From positions 31,480 through 95,479 of the forward strand of contig CAZHXI010000001.1 in the NCBI GenBank assembly GCA_964536515.1: 64,000 nucleotides of DNA. Direction: 5' to 3'. Under the pieces are notes generated by a model. It was not told the DNA's origin. It saw nothing but the letters and a program-made list of their open reading frames with translations, and ran no database searches. The position numbers and the translations under genes were made by a program. Positions 37,818-46,977 of the stretch are shown here, piece by piece. Numbering within the stretch: the first letter of the stretch is position 1; each line of letters opens with the position of its first letter. The DNA comes from an uncultured Gammaproteobacteria bacterium. Its GTDB lineage: Bacteria; Patescibacteriota; Patescibacteriia; CAYZDG01.

Positions 37818-38246
37818 CTAGACTGCCTTGTCACGTTTCTTGTCTTCGGCCTCATCGCGTCTTCCTACGGCCGTACGTACCGTTATGAGCCCGAGGTCGT
37901 TGTTCAGCTCGGCATTTTTTTCCCAGACATGAATCGCCCTGCTCATCTCAGCGTGGTCCTTGAATATTCCAATGATGACGCGGCTACGGCGTAGCCCTAC
38001 GGGCAGATTCCTCCCAAGTAAGCTTTCTAGGTCAGCTTGGTATACATCTCCCGGGAAGATGACTAAGCAGCCGTCGAGCCGTTTTCCCTTGTCGTTACTA
38101 CCGCTGAGGTAGATGAAGGCAAAGAAGCTATTGGAGCTGATCCTTTTGGCCCGATCGATGTCTCTCAATGCTGCTCTGTGGAGGTCTTCCCAGACAAGGA
38201 TCTCAAACGAACCACTGGCGTTGCTGGTGGTGTATTCAATGAACAT
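37818..38246 (-). CDS. Hypothetical protein, paralog A (lower GC)
   Basis: ORF between a duplicated promoter and the hairpin GGGCGCCGC-GAA-GCGGCGCCC; shares a motif with 38371-38778. Confidence 0.7.
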   Translation of the reverse strand: MFIEYTTSNASGSFEILVWEDLHRAALRDIDRAKRISSNSFFAFIYLSGSNDKGKRLDGCLVIFPGDVYQADLESLLGRNLPVGLRRSRVIIGIFKDHAEMSRAIHVWEKNAELNNDLGLITVRTAVGRRDEAEDKKRDKAV

Positions 38247-38281
38247 ATCTCTTACCGCCCTTTTGTTGGTTCTGTACGAAT

Positions 38282-38317
38282 GGCGCAACGTTAAACCCCG
38301 CGGGTGCGGGTGTCAAT
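38282..38317 (-). promoter_or_regulatory. Sigma70 promoter, copy 1 of a duplicated element
   Basis: TTGACA-N17-TAACGT. Confidence 0.75.
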
Positions 38318-38370
38318 CGTTGGGGTGATGAAAGGGCGGCGCTTTTGCGCCGCCCTCAGGTTTAGCTTGC

Positions 38371-38778
38371 CTAGCTCGGAATGAGCTTCGTTCGTTCAGC
38401 GCTCTTTCGGTTCTCGATAGCAGCTTCTAGACGATCGTTGGCTTCGCGTCCGCAATCGAGCCTAAAGCTTTGTATCAAGGCAACCTCGTTACGTAGCGCC
38501 CCAAAGCTCACCTTGCAGGTCGTCAGATCATCGGCGACGATATGCATCGTTATCTGCCTCAGCGAGTCTGCGTAGCTATCTCCAGGCTTTACTAGCAGTG
38601 ACTCGCGTACCAAGCTGTTGGTTCCCGTCAGGCCCTCAACGTACACGAATGCCGCAAAGGTATCTGGAAACTGGGTAGCCATCTGGTTCAGGGCCTTCCT
38701 TATCTGGTTTGGAATTTGCTTGCGGGCAAGCCTATCAGCCCCTGCCTCAGGGTCTCTGCTGACGAAAGTAGTTACCAT
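38371..38778 (-). CDS. Hypothetical protein, paralog B (lower GC)
   Basis: SD AGGAGG; terminator AGGGCGGCGC-TTTT-GCGCCGCCCT at about 38333-38356. Confidence 0.75.
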   Translation of the reverse strand: MVTTFVSRDPEAGADRLARKQIPNQIRKALNQMATQFPDTFAAFVYVEGLTGTNSLVRESLLVKPGDSYADSLRQITMHIVADDLTTCKVSFGALRNEVALIQSFRLDCGREANDRLEAAIENRKSAERTKLIPS

Positions 38779-38814
38779 TGTTCCTCCTGGAGGATTGAAT
38801 ATTACGGTGCAATG

Positions 38815-38849
38815 GGCGCAACTTAAGCCCCGCGGGTGCGGGTGTCAAT
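38815..38849 (-). promoter_or_regulatory. Sigma70 promoter, copy 2 of a duplicated element
   Basis: TTGACA-N17-TAAGTT; 22 bp identical to copy 1. Confidence 0.75.
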
Positions 38850-38864
38850 GCGCGGGCCGGCTAC

Positions 38865-39770
38865 CTACCGGTTGATGAGGTAGACGCCGGCCAGCAGCAC
38901 AGCCAGCGAGGCAGCCTTGCGCAGCAGCGTTGCTCTGCCGATGTCCTCCCTGCCCAGCTTGGGAACCAGCAGCGTAATGCCCAGGCCGATGAGGAAGGCG
39001 AACACCGGGTGCAGTCCGTTCACCAGCTGCACCAGGGCCAGGGGCGCCATCAGCGAGGCGGCCGCCAGCAGCAGCACGCCTACTGCGCTGATGATCTCGT
39101 TGATTGCGTTGAGCGCCAGCACGCCGGAGGTATTCGTCCGTACAGCTGCCACGAATTCACGGCGGTAGGTTGGAACCAGAGCGACAAGGGAGACTCCGGC
39201 TGCGGCGTAGCCCACGTACTGCCAGAAGGCGGTAACCCAGTAGCTCGCCTCAATGGCGACCAGCTTGAACAGGAGGTTGGTGGTCGCCAGTATCGCCGAT
39301 GCGAGCAGCATCTGCAGCAGCGGCTTCACCCGAACCTTTCCGGTTCCGGGCTGGAACATGAAGGCAACGGCAGCGCCGACGATGAGCAGGCCTCCCGTGG
39401 CTTGCGTTCCGGTTAGGGATTCGCCGAGGAAAGCTGCAGCGAGGATGAAGCCGAACAGTGGAATAGTCTGGAATGCAGGCACCACGTTGGAGGCGTCCTC
39501 GTGCTGCAGGGCGTACATGTACGGCAGCAGCGAAACAATGAAGAGCGCGCCGCTGCCGACCATTACCAGCGCCGGCAGCCAGCCAATGGCTAGCACGTCC
39601 GCGCCGAGCAGGGGGATAGCCAGGGCGATGGGTAGCCCGATGGCCGCCGAGAACAAAACCAGGGCGCCTATCCCCAGGCTGCGTGCGTACCTGCCGATGA
39701 GGTACTTATCGATGTGGTTGCTAATCGCCCACAGCACCGGGGCGCCGAGGGCGAGCAGGAACCAGTGCAT
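38865..39770 (-). CDS. EamA/DMT family transporter
   Basis: About 10 TM segments, two-repeat architecture, FLGE.L motif. Confidence 0.85.
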   Translation of the reverse strand: MHWFLLALGAPVLWAISNHIDKYLIGRYARSLGIGALVLFSAAIGLPIALAIPLLGADVLAIGWLPALVMVGSGALFIVSLLPYMYALQHEDASNVVPAFQTIPLFGFILAAAFLGESLTGTQATGGLLIVGAAVAFMFQPGTGKVRVKPLLQMLLASAILATTNLLFKLVAIEASYWVTAFWQYVGYAAAGVSLVALVPTYRREFVAAVRTNTSGVLALNAINEIISAVGVLLLAAASLMAPLALVQLVNGLHPVFAFLIGLGITLLVPKLGREDIGRATLLRKAASLAVLLAGVYLINR

Positions 39771-39773
39771 ACT

Positions 39774-42023
39774 TTAGCTTACACCCGCCTCTCGTTTGTA
39801 CGCGCAGCCCTTCCTCGAGCACTTGATAGTATCCTTTGGCCCCTGGATGAGCGGCCAGCCGCAGTCCGGGCAATTCTCGGCCATGGGCTTGGCCCAGATG
39901 GCGCATTTACATTCGGGGTAGCGATCGCAGGAGTAGAACAGCTTGCCGCCGCGGCCACGCTTGCCCACCAGCTCACCCTGCTTGCATTCGGGGCACGTAA
40001 CGCCGGTCTTGTTCTGCGTCTTCTTGATGTACTTGCAGTCTGGGTACCTGTCGCAGCCGAAGAACACGCCGAAGCGGCTGCGCTTCTGCACCAGCTTGCC
40101 CTGGCCGCACTCGGGGCAGGCCTCCACAGGTGCGTTCGGATCTGCCTCGGGCGCCGCCTCCTCGTTCTTGCCGGCGATGGGCTTCTTGTACTTGCAGTCG
40201 GGGTAGCCGGTGCAGGCGTAGAACTTGCCGTAGCGCCCCAGCTTAATGATCAGCGGCTTGCCGCACTCGGGGCACTTCTCGTCCGTAGCCGTTTCGGTCG
40301 CCTCCTTCTTGGTGACCTCTTTTTCTTTCACCACTAGGTTCGCCTTGAACGGGCCGTAGAAGTCTGCCAGAACCTTGTGCCAGTCGGCCTCGCCCTCGGC
40401 GATGTCGTCGAACTTCTGCTCTAGGTCTGCCGTGAACTTTAGGTCCACCACGTGCGGGAAGTGTTTGACCAGCAGGTCGTTGATGGCGATGCCCATGTCG
40501 GTGGGGTGAAGGCGGCGTTCCTCGCGGGTAACGTAGTGGCGGTCCACCAGCGTGGTGATGGTTGGTGCGTAGGTGGACGGGCGGCCGATGCCGTTGGCCT
40601 CCAGCGCCTTCACCAGCGTGGCCTCGGAGTAGCGAGCCGGCGGCTCGGTGAAGTGCTGGCTGGGCTCTACCTTCTGCACCTCCACCGCCTGGCCAACCGC
40701 CAGCGCGGGCAGCGTGGTCTCCTCGTACTTGGTGGGGTAGACCTTGAGGAAGCCGTCGAACACGCAGCGGTTGCCGGTGGCGCGGAAAACCAGCTCCTCC
40801 TTGGGCGAGGCAAGGTCCACGCTGGAGGAGGCGAACTGCGCCTCGGCCATCTGGCTGGCTACGGCCCGCTGCCAGATGAGCTGGTACAGCTTGAACTGCG
40901 GCGCGGTCAGGTAGGCGTGGATGGAATCGGGCGTGCGGGAAGCCTCGGTGGGGCGGATAGCCTCGTGCGCCTCCTGCGCGCCCTTGCTCTTGGTCTTGAA
41001 GCGGCGCGGGTGCTCGGGCAGGTAGCGCTCACCGAACTTCTCCTCCACCACGCTGCGCGCCCCGGCCAGGAAGTCGTTGGAGAGGTTCATCGAATCCGTA
41101 CGCATGTAGGTGATGAGGCCCGTGCTGCCCTCGCCGGGCAGGTCTACGCCCTCGTACAGCTGCTGGGCCAGCTGCATTGTCTGCTTGACGCTCATGCCCA
41201 GGCGGTGGTTGGCCTCCTGCTGCAGGGTAGAGGTGGTGAACGGCGCAGCCGGGCTGCGCTTGACCTTGCCCTCGCCCACGTCCGATACGACGAAGCGGCA
41301 GGCGCAGGCTGCCGCTACAATTTCTTTCGCTCGGGCTTCTGTGGCGATATCAAACTTGTCCAGAATTTTCCCGTCTACGGCGCGTAGGCTGACGGGGAAC
41401 TTCTCGTGCGCGGCCACGCCCGTGGCCTCTACGGTCCAGTACTCGCGGGCGACGAACGCCTCGATCTCACGCTCTCGCTCCACGATGATGCGCAGCGCCG
41501 CAGACTGCACGCGGCCAGCCGATAGTCCGTACTGCACCTTGCGCCACAGGAAGGGCGACAGCTCGTAGCCCACCAGCCGATCCAGAATCCGCCGGGCCTG
41601 CTGCGCGTCTACCAGGTGTAGGTCTAGCTTGCGGGGCGATTCCAGCGCGTGCTCGATAGCCGTCTTGGTGATCTCGTGGAAAACGATGCGCTTGGCGCTG
41701 TCGTGGGGAATATCCAGCAGCGCGTGCAGGTGCCAGGCAATGGCCTCGCCCTCGCGGTCTTCGTCAGTCGCGTACAGGATCTCGCCGCTCTTCTTGGCGG
41801 CAGCCTTAATCGCCGCCACGGCCTCCTTGGCCTTCGCCGGCACCAGGTACGTGGGCTCGAAGCCATTCGCCACGTCTACGCCGATCTTGCTCTTGGGCAA
41901 ATCGCGCACGTGGCCGTAGCTGGCCAGCACGGTGTAGCCGCTGCCCAAGAAGCGCGTGATGGTGCGCGCCTTGGTGGGTGACTCTACTATCACCAGCTTC
42001 TTCTTCTCCTTCGTGGACGGCAT
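39774..42023 (-). CDS. topA: DNA topoisomerase I
   Basis: LVIVESP.KA, ATD.DREGEAI, SAGRVQS, ITYMRTDS, AQEAHEAIRPT and C-terminal Zn ribbons. Confidence 0.98.
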   Translation of the reverse strand: MPSTKEKKKLVIVESPTKARTITRFLGSGYTVLASYGHVRDLPKSKIGVDVANGFEPTYLVPAKAKEAVAAIKAAAKKSGEILYATDEDREGEAIAWHLHALLDIPHDSAKRIVFHEITKTAIEHALESPRKLDLHLVDAQQARRILDRLVGYELSPFLWRKVQYGLSAGRVQSAALRIIVEREREIEAFVAREYWTVEATGVAAHEKFPVSLRAVDGKILDKFDIATEARAKEIVAAACACRFVVSDVGEGKVKRSPAAPFTTSTLQQEANHRLGMSVKQTMQLAQQLYEGVDLPGEGSTGLITYMRTDSMNLSNDFLAGARSVVEEKFGERYLPEHPRRFKTKSKGAQEAHEAIRPTEASRTPDSIHAYLTAPQFKLYQLIWQRAVASQMAEAQFASSSVDLASPKEELVFRATGNRCVFDGFLKVYPTKYEETTLPALAVGQAVEVQKVEPSQHFTEPPARYSEATLVKALEANGIGRPSTYAPTITTLVDRHYVTREERRLHPTDMGIAINDLLVKHFPHVVDLKFTADLEQKFDDIAEGEADWHKVLADFYGPFKANLVVKEKEVTKKEATETATDEKCPECGKPLIIKLGRYGKFYACTGYPDCKYKKPIAGKNEEAAPEADPNAPVEACPECGQGKLVQKRSRFGVFFGCDRYPDCKYIKKTQNKTGVTCPECKQGELVGKRGRGGKLFYSCDRYPECKCAIWAKPMAENCPDCGWPLIQGPKDTIKCSRKGCAYKREAGVS

Positions 42024-42071
42024 TCAGGTTTGTATGTACCTGGCGGTTGTAGCACGCGCCTTTTCGACGCG

Positions 42072-43163
42072 TCAAATTTTCTGCAGCGAGCTGCCCACGC
42101 GCGACGCGGCTCCGCACAGCTCTAGCTCGGTGATTGCGGCGGCGAGTTCGACGGCTCCTATGCCCAGCGATTCACCAATAGAATCAATGGCCATTGGCTC
42201 GTGGTTAGGCAGCGCCGCGTACACCTGTTCTGCGGCCGGGGTGAGGTCCAGCTGGGCACGCCGCGGCGCCTCAGCAACTCGAGTCGGGGCCGACGACGCG
42301 CCGATGGCCTCCAGCACGTCCGCCGCGTCGGTGCAGGGTGCGGCACCCCGCCGCAGCAGCCTATTGGTCCCCGCCGAAGACGGGCTGGTAATGGGGCCGG
42401 GCACGGCTAGGACCTCGCGGTTCTGCTCCAGCGCCAGGTGGGCTGTTAGCAAGGCGCCAGACTTTTCGCCCGCCTCTACCACCACCGTTGCGGCGCACAG
42501 CCCGCTTACGATCCTGTTCCGGCGGGGGAAGTGGCCGCGCAGCGCGGGCATTCGCAGGGGGTGCTCGCTGACTATGCATCCGCCCAGCTCAAGCATCTGC
42601 TCCGCCAGTCCGCGGTGCTCGACTGGGTACATTACATCCCACGCTAAGCCGGTGCCGACCACGGCTACCGTTCTGCCACCCGCTTCCACCGCGCCGGCGT
42701 GCGCTGCAGCGTCTATGCCGTACGCCAAGCCAGAGACGACGGTAATCCCGCTGCCCGATAGGTCACGCGCCAGCTGCTTTGCTACGTCCAGTCCGTACTT
42801 GGTGCACCGCCTGGTGCCGACGATTGCTACGCACGTTCCCGTCGGCCGCGTCCCCCGGTACGTAAGTAGCGGCGGGGGAGCGGGAATCTCGCGCAGCAGA
42901 GACGGGTAGCCGTTGTCCGCTATCGTTACGACGTTCACGCGGTTATCCACCAGCTCCTGCCAGGCAGAGGAAGGATTGATCGTGGATCGTTTTTTGTTAA
43001 TGGCTCTAACGACGTTCGGTCTAATGCCGATAGCCGTGAGCTGATCCTCTCTAGCTGCCCACGCATCATCCGGATCCGCGAACGAATCCATAATCAGACG
43101 CAGCGACTTCGGTCCGACCTCGGGAATGCAGGTGTAGGCGTAGAGGAGTTGGGGGAGGGTCAT
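42072..43163 (-). CDS. dprA: DNA-processing protein DprA
   Basis: AIVGTR, VSGLAYGIDA.AH, FPRRNRIVSGL, EAGEKSGAL.TA and AVPG; start MTLPQLL at 43163. Confidence 0.95.
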   Translation of the reverse strand: MTLPQLLYAYTCIPEVGPKSLRLIMDSFADPDDAWAAREDQLTAIGIRPNVVRAINKKRSTINPSSAWQELVDNRVNVVTIADNGYPSLLREIPAPPPLLTYRGTRPTGTCVAIVGTRRCTKYGLDVAKQLARDLSGSGITVVSGLAYGIDAAAHAGAVEAGGRTVAVVGTGLAWDVMYPVEHRGLAEQMLELGGCIVSEHPLRMPALRGHFPRRNRIVSGLCAATVVVEAGEKSGALLTAHLALEQNREVLAVPGPITSPSSAGTNRLLRRGAAPCTDAADVLEAIGASSAPTRVAEAPRRAQLDLTPAAEQVYAALPNHEPMAIDSIGESLGIGAVELAAAITELELCGAASRVGSSLQKI

Positions 43164-43172
43164 AGATCGCTC

Positions 43173-43292
43173 TGTCATTTCGAACCCGAGCACAGCGAGG
43201 GTGAGAAATCTAGCTCACGGCTACGTTAGATTTCTCGTCGCCCCCTCACCTTTCGCTTCGCGAACAGGTGTGAGGGCTCACTCGAAATGACA
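43173..43292. repeat. REPIN-like inverted doublet of GTCAT-class elements
   Basis: TGTCATTTCGA..GAGAAATCTA / TAGATTTCTC..TCGAAATGACA arms. Confidence 0.7.
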
Positions 43293-43376
43293 ATTATGGT
43301 TTTGGTGGATAGAAAAATGAGGACAGCGTTGAGCTGACCTGGGGAAAGTATACACGGGTCGTTCGAATACGAAAAC

Positions 43377-43398
43377 GCTGCGGGAATTCCCGCAGCGC
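43377..43398 (-). terminator. Hairpin terminator after mfd
   Basis: GCTGCGGGAATTCCCGCAGC followed by a U-run on the minus strand. Confidence 0.6.
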
Positions 43399-43417
43399 TG
43401 ATCGTCGTAGCAGAAAT

Positions 43418-46400
43418 TTATCCAGCCAAGAATCGCAGCGCCTCTTCGATCTTCGGCAGCACCTTGCCGCCCAGGGCGTCTTGCCTGGCGCGCAGCACCG
43501 CATCCTTTGCCTTGAACTCCCACTCGGGGTGCAGCTCCATCCAGCGCAGGGCCGAACCCACGGCGGCGTCGTGCCCCAGCTTGATGCGTACCCAGCGTGT
43601 CTCGATTCCATCGAAGCCGCGGCTGGCGGTGCTGTCTACGCCGACTACGCCGGCGGCGCGGCACAGGACCTTCAGCTTCAGCACGGCTAGCAGGTTATCC
43701 AGCGCGTCCAGCGGCATGCCCACGAAGCGCGCGTGCACGTCGTCGGCGTAGCGCTGCAGGCCTGCCTCGTCCTCGTTGGCCAGCTGCTGGTACAGCCGCA
43801 GGCGGTTGGCCTGGTCTGGCTCCACCTCTGCGGGAATGTACGCGGAGAGCGGCAGGTCAACGGCCACCTCCTGCTCGTCCGGCGGGGGACGGTTGTCGCG
43901 CATGCCCAGCAGCGTCTCCTCCAGCAGGCGGCTGTACAGGTGCAGGCCCACGCTCACCGCCGGGCCGTGCTGCTGCTTGCCCAGCGCGTTGCCCACGCCG
44001 CGTAGCTCCATGTCGCGCACGGCAATTTGGAATCCAGACCCCAGCGCGTTGTGCTGCAGCAGCGCCTTCAGCCGCTCGTTGGCCTGGCCCACCAGCTTCT
44101 GGCTGGGGTAGAGGAAGTAGGCGAAGGCCTGCTTGCCGCCGCGGCCCACGCGGCCGCGCAGCTGGTACGCCTGCGCCAGCCCCAGCGCCGGCGCGTTCTC
44201 GATGATGATGGTGTTCACGTTGGCTAGGTCCAGGCCGTTCTCCACGATGGTGGAGCACACCAGCACGTCTACCTCGCCCTCGTCGAAGCGGTGCATCACC
44301 TCCGCCAGCTTGTTCTCTGGCATCTGGCCGTGGCCGATGTCGAACCGCGCCTTGGGCACCAGCTTCTGTAGCTGCTCGGTGATCAGCTTGATGCGCGCCA
44401 CCTTGTTGGAGACGAAGTAGGCCTGGCCGCCGCGGGCTAGCTCCCGCTCCAGCGCGTCTTTGACCACGTCGTCGCTGTACGGCAGCACGTTGGTCTCGAT
44501 CGGCAGGCGCCCCGGGGGCGGCGTCTCGATGGTCGAGATATCCTTGAGGCCGGACAGCGCCATGTTCAGGGTGCGCGGGATGGGCGTCGCGCTGAGCGCG
44601 AGAACGTGGCAGCCGGTACGTAGGTTCTTTAGCTGCTCCTTGTTCTTCACGCCAAACTTCTGCTCCTCGTCGATGATTGCCAGCCCCAGGCGCGAAAACT
44701 GCACGTCCTTCGAGAGGATGCGGTGCGTGCCGATGGCGATGTCCGCCGAGCCCTCGCGGATCGCCTTCACCGCTGCCTTCTGCTCGGCGCTGGACTGGAA
44801 GCGGGTGAGGGCGACGCAGCGCACGCCGAACGGCTGCAGCCGCTTGTTGAAGGTGTCTAGGTGCTGGGTGGCGAGCACGGTGGTGGGGCAGAGCACGCCC
44901 ACCTGCTTGCCGCCGCGCACGGCCTTGAAGGCGGCGCGGATGGCGACCTCGGTCTTGCCGAAGCCTACATCGCCCGCCAGCAGCCTATCCATGGGCGCGT
45001 CGCGGCGCATGTCGGCTAGGATCTCGTCTACCGCCTGCTGCTGGTCTGCCGTGGGCTGGTAGGGGAACGACCCGGCGAGCTTAGCTTCGTCTGGGTGGTC
45101 CGGCAGGCCGAAGCCGCCGTGCACCTGCCGCTTCGCCGCAGCCATTAGAATCTGCCGGGCCAGCTCGCCCGCCTCTACCTTTACCTTCTTCAGCGCCGCG
45201 GCCCAGGCGCCGCCGCCGTCCAGCTTAGACAGGGGCGGGTTAGCCTGGCCCAGGTAGCGGGTGATCCTATCTGCCTGCTCCACCGGCAGGTACAGCTTGC
45301 CGCCGCCGGCGTAGTCCAGCTGCAGGTAGTGGCGGACGGCGCCGTCCAGCGGCTTCTCGCACAGGCCGGCGAACCTGGCCACGCCGTGGTCTACGTGCAC
45401 CACGTAGTCGCCCTCCTTCAGCGCCTGGGCCGTAGCCTTGGCCAGCTTGCGGCGGCGGTCCTGCACGTCGTGCCGGCTGCCCAGCAGCTCGAAGTCGGTG
45501 AGCACCATGATGCGGTTACGCTCGTCGCGGAAGCCGGTGAGACCGCGTACAGATTCCGGCAGGCTGGCCACGGCAACGTCCGATATCCCGTGTCCGGCTA
45601 GCTGCTGCTTCAGCTCCGGCGCCTGGCTGGAGAGGGCCAGAACCTGCCATCCGTCTGCGCCAATCTGGTCGCAGTCGAACTTCAATTCGTTCCAGCGACG
45701 GTGGTACACGCGTACGGGCTGGCCGAATCCATCCGCTCCCGCCGTCCACGTTACGTGGCGTACGCCGGGGTTAACGCGGAACCCCAGCTCGGCGTTCAAA
45801 GCTGGGGTGGTGAGCAGCGTGCTGCGCTCGGATAGGTACGACAGGCCGGTAGCTGCCTTGGCGTAGGCCGGCATGTTGGGGGGAGTAATGGCGACGCTGG
45901 TAGCGGCCTCCAATTTACCGTCTGCCCCCACCAGGCTAATTCGCTCAACCGACTTGGCGGAGAACTCAATCCGTGCGGCGAGGTTCAGCTTCTCTAGCCA
46001 TACGTCCACGGTGCCGCCGCGCACGGCTACCAGCCCGGGCTGGTCTGCCAGCGTGGCCCGGCTGAAGCCCTGGGGGATGAGGCGGTCCAGCAGGTCTGCC
46101 GGTCGCATCCTGGCGCCGGCGTGCACGGTTACCACGCTGCTGCGGAAAGATTCGGGGTGCATGGCTTTGCCCGTGAGCGCGGCGATGGTGGTTAGGATGA
46201 TGGCCGGCTCGTTCAGCACCAGGCGGTGCAGGACCACGGGACGAGGCGGCTGCACCGCGGGCCAGACGGCAATGCGATCGCCGTCCGCAAGCCAGCTGCC
46301 AGCCAGCTGTTCGCCCCATAGCTTCAGCGCCTCCTGCGCCAGCTTCAGCTGCCACTCGTCCTCTACCAGCCAGAACACCGGGCCGGCCGGTCCGCCGCTG

Positions 46401-46531
46401 GGCCAGCTCGCCACCACCAGGGCCTGCTGCGTCAGCGTCAGCACGCCGGGGAGCACGGTGTTGCTCCCGCTCTGGCTGAGCGGGTGGTTCTTCCACGTGA
46501 GCTTAAGTTTTTGCTCGGATTTTTCGGGCAC
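43418..46531 (-). CDS. mfd: Transcription-repair coupling factor
   Basis: CarD-like GDYVVH.DHGV, GDVGFGKTEVA.RAAF, DEEQKFG, SATPIPRTL, QLRGRVGR and TRCF domain. Confidence 0.95.
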   Translation of the reverse strand: MPEKSEQKLKLTWKNHPLSQSGSNTVLPGVLTLTQQALVVASWPSGGPAGPVFWLVEDEWQLKLAQEALKLWGEQLAGSWLADGDRIAVWPAVQPPRPVVLHRLVLNEPAIILTTIAALTGKAMHPESFRSSVVTVHAGARMRPADLLDRLIPQGFSRATLADQPGLVAVRGGTVDVWLEKLNLAARIEFSAKSVERISLVGADGKLEAATSVAITPPNMPAYAKAATGLSYLSERSTLLTTPALNAELGFRVNPGVRHVTWTAGADGFGQPVRVYHRRWNELKFDCDQIGADGWQVLALSSQAPELKQQLAGHGISDVAVASLPESVRGLTGFRDERNRIMVLTDFELLGSRHDVQDRRRKLAKATAQALKEGDYVVHVDHGVARFAGLCEKPLDGAVRHYLQLDYAGGGKLYLPVEQADRITRYLGQANPPLSKLDGGGAWAAALKKVKVEAGELARQILMAAAKRQVHGGFGLPDHPDEAKLAGSFPYQPTADQQQAVDEILADMRRDAPMDRLLAGDVGFGKTEVAIRAAFKAVRGGKQVGVLCPTTVLATQHLDTFNKRLQPFGVRCVALTRFQSSAEQKAAVKAIREGSADIAIGTHRILSKDVQFSRLGLAIIDEEQKFGVKNKEQLKNLRTGCHVLALSATPIPRTLNMALSGLKDISTIETPPPGRLPIETNVLPYSDDVVKDALERELARGGQAYFVSNKVARIKLITEQLQKLVPKARFDIGHGQMPENKLAEVMHRFDEGEVDVLVCSTIVENGLDLANVNTIIIENAPALGLAQAYQLRGRVGRGGKQAFAYFLYPSQKLVGQANERLKALLQHNALGSGFQIAVRDMELRGVGNALGKQQHGPAVSVGLHLYSRLLEETLLGMRDNRPPPDEQEVAVDLPLSAYIPAEVEPDQANRLRLYQQLANEDEAGLQRYADDVHARFVGMPLDALDNLLAVLKLKVLCRAAGVVGVDSTASRGFDGIETRWVRIKLGHDAAVGSALRWMELHPEWEFKAKDAVLRARQDALGGKVLPKIEEALRFLAG

Positions 46532-46558
46532 AGTCGTGCGCTAACCAGTCATCCTCCG

Positions 46559-46881
46559 CCCCTTGGGGGGCGGTCGGTAGATAAATACTAGGGTAGGGGC
46601 GGCGGTTTAGCAAGCGGGCTTGATATCCGACCGGGCCCGGGTCTAGTCTTAGCGCGTCGCCCTTTCACCAACCCGGAGACAGCATGGCTGCCAACAGATC
46701 GTTCGACCCGAACCATCCAGTGTTCTCCCGCTATCCGAACTGCACTAAACGCTTCGCCTGCGCCGCCCTCGGCCGTCGCCAGAGCCACAAGCTGCGGTGG
46801 CGCCGTATTCGATCGCACATCAGCGAGCGCGCGTTCTCTTTCAAGAAGTGGTAACCGTAACCTCCCCCGTTCCAACGGGGG
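46559..46881 (-). ncRNA. About 320-nt structured RNA; candidate divergent large-type SRP RNA
   Basis: Nested long-range helices with G-U pairs on the minus strand; order of motifs resembles Bacillus-type scRNA, but the helix-8 consensus is absent. Confidence 0.5.
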
Positions 46882-46977
46882 AGTTAGCTATACCCTAGTA
46901 TTGACGAAATATGATAAATGTGCTAATATATATTTATTAGGTAAACCTTGAAAACCAGTTCCAAAAAGGAGAAAAGA

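Noticed and set aside
43418-46531. Divergent N-terminal UvrB-homology module of Mfd as a novelty
   Set aside because: This region is commonly poorly conserved; the motor, RID and TRCF domains are ordinary.
46588-46875. 95-aa ORF, or RNase P/tmRNA, in the region upstream of mfd
   Set aside because: The ORF has no recognisable features. GGUGAAAGGG resembles RNase P, but GAGGAAAGUCC and the 3' ACAGAA..CGGCUUA are missing, and there are no tRNA-like tmRNA ends.
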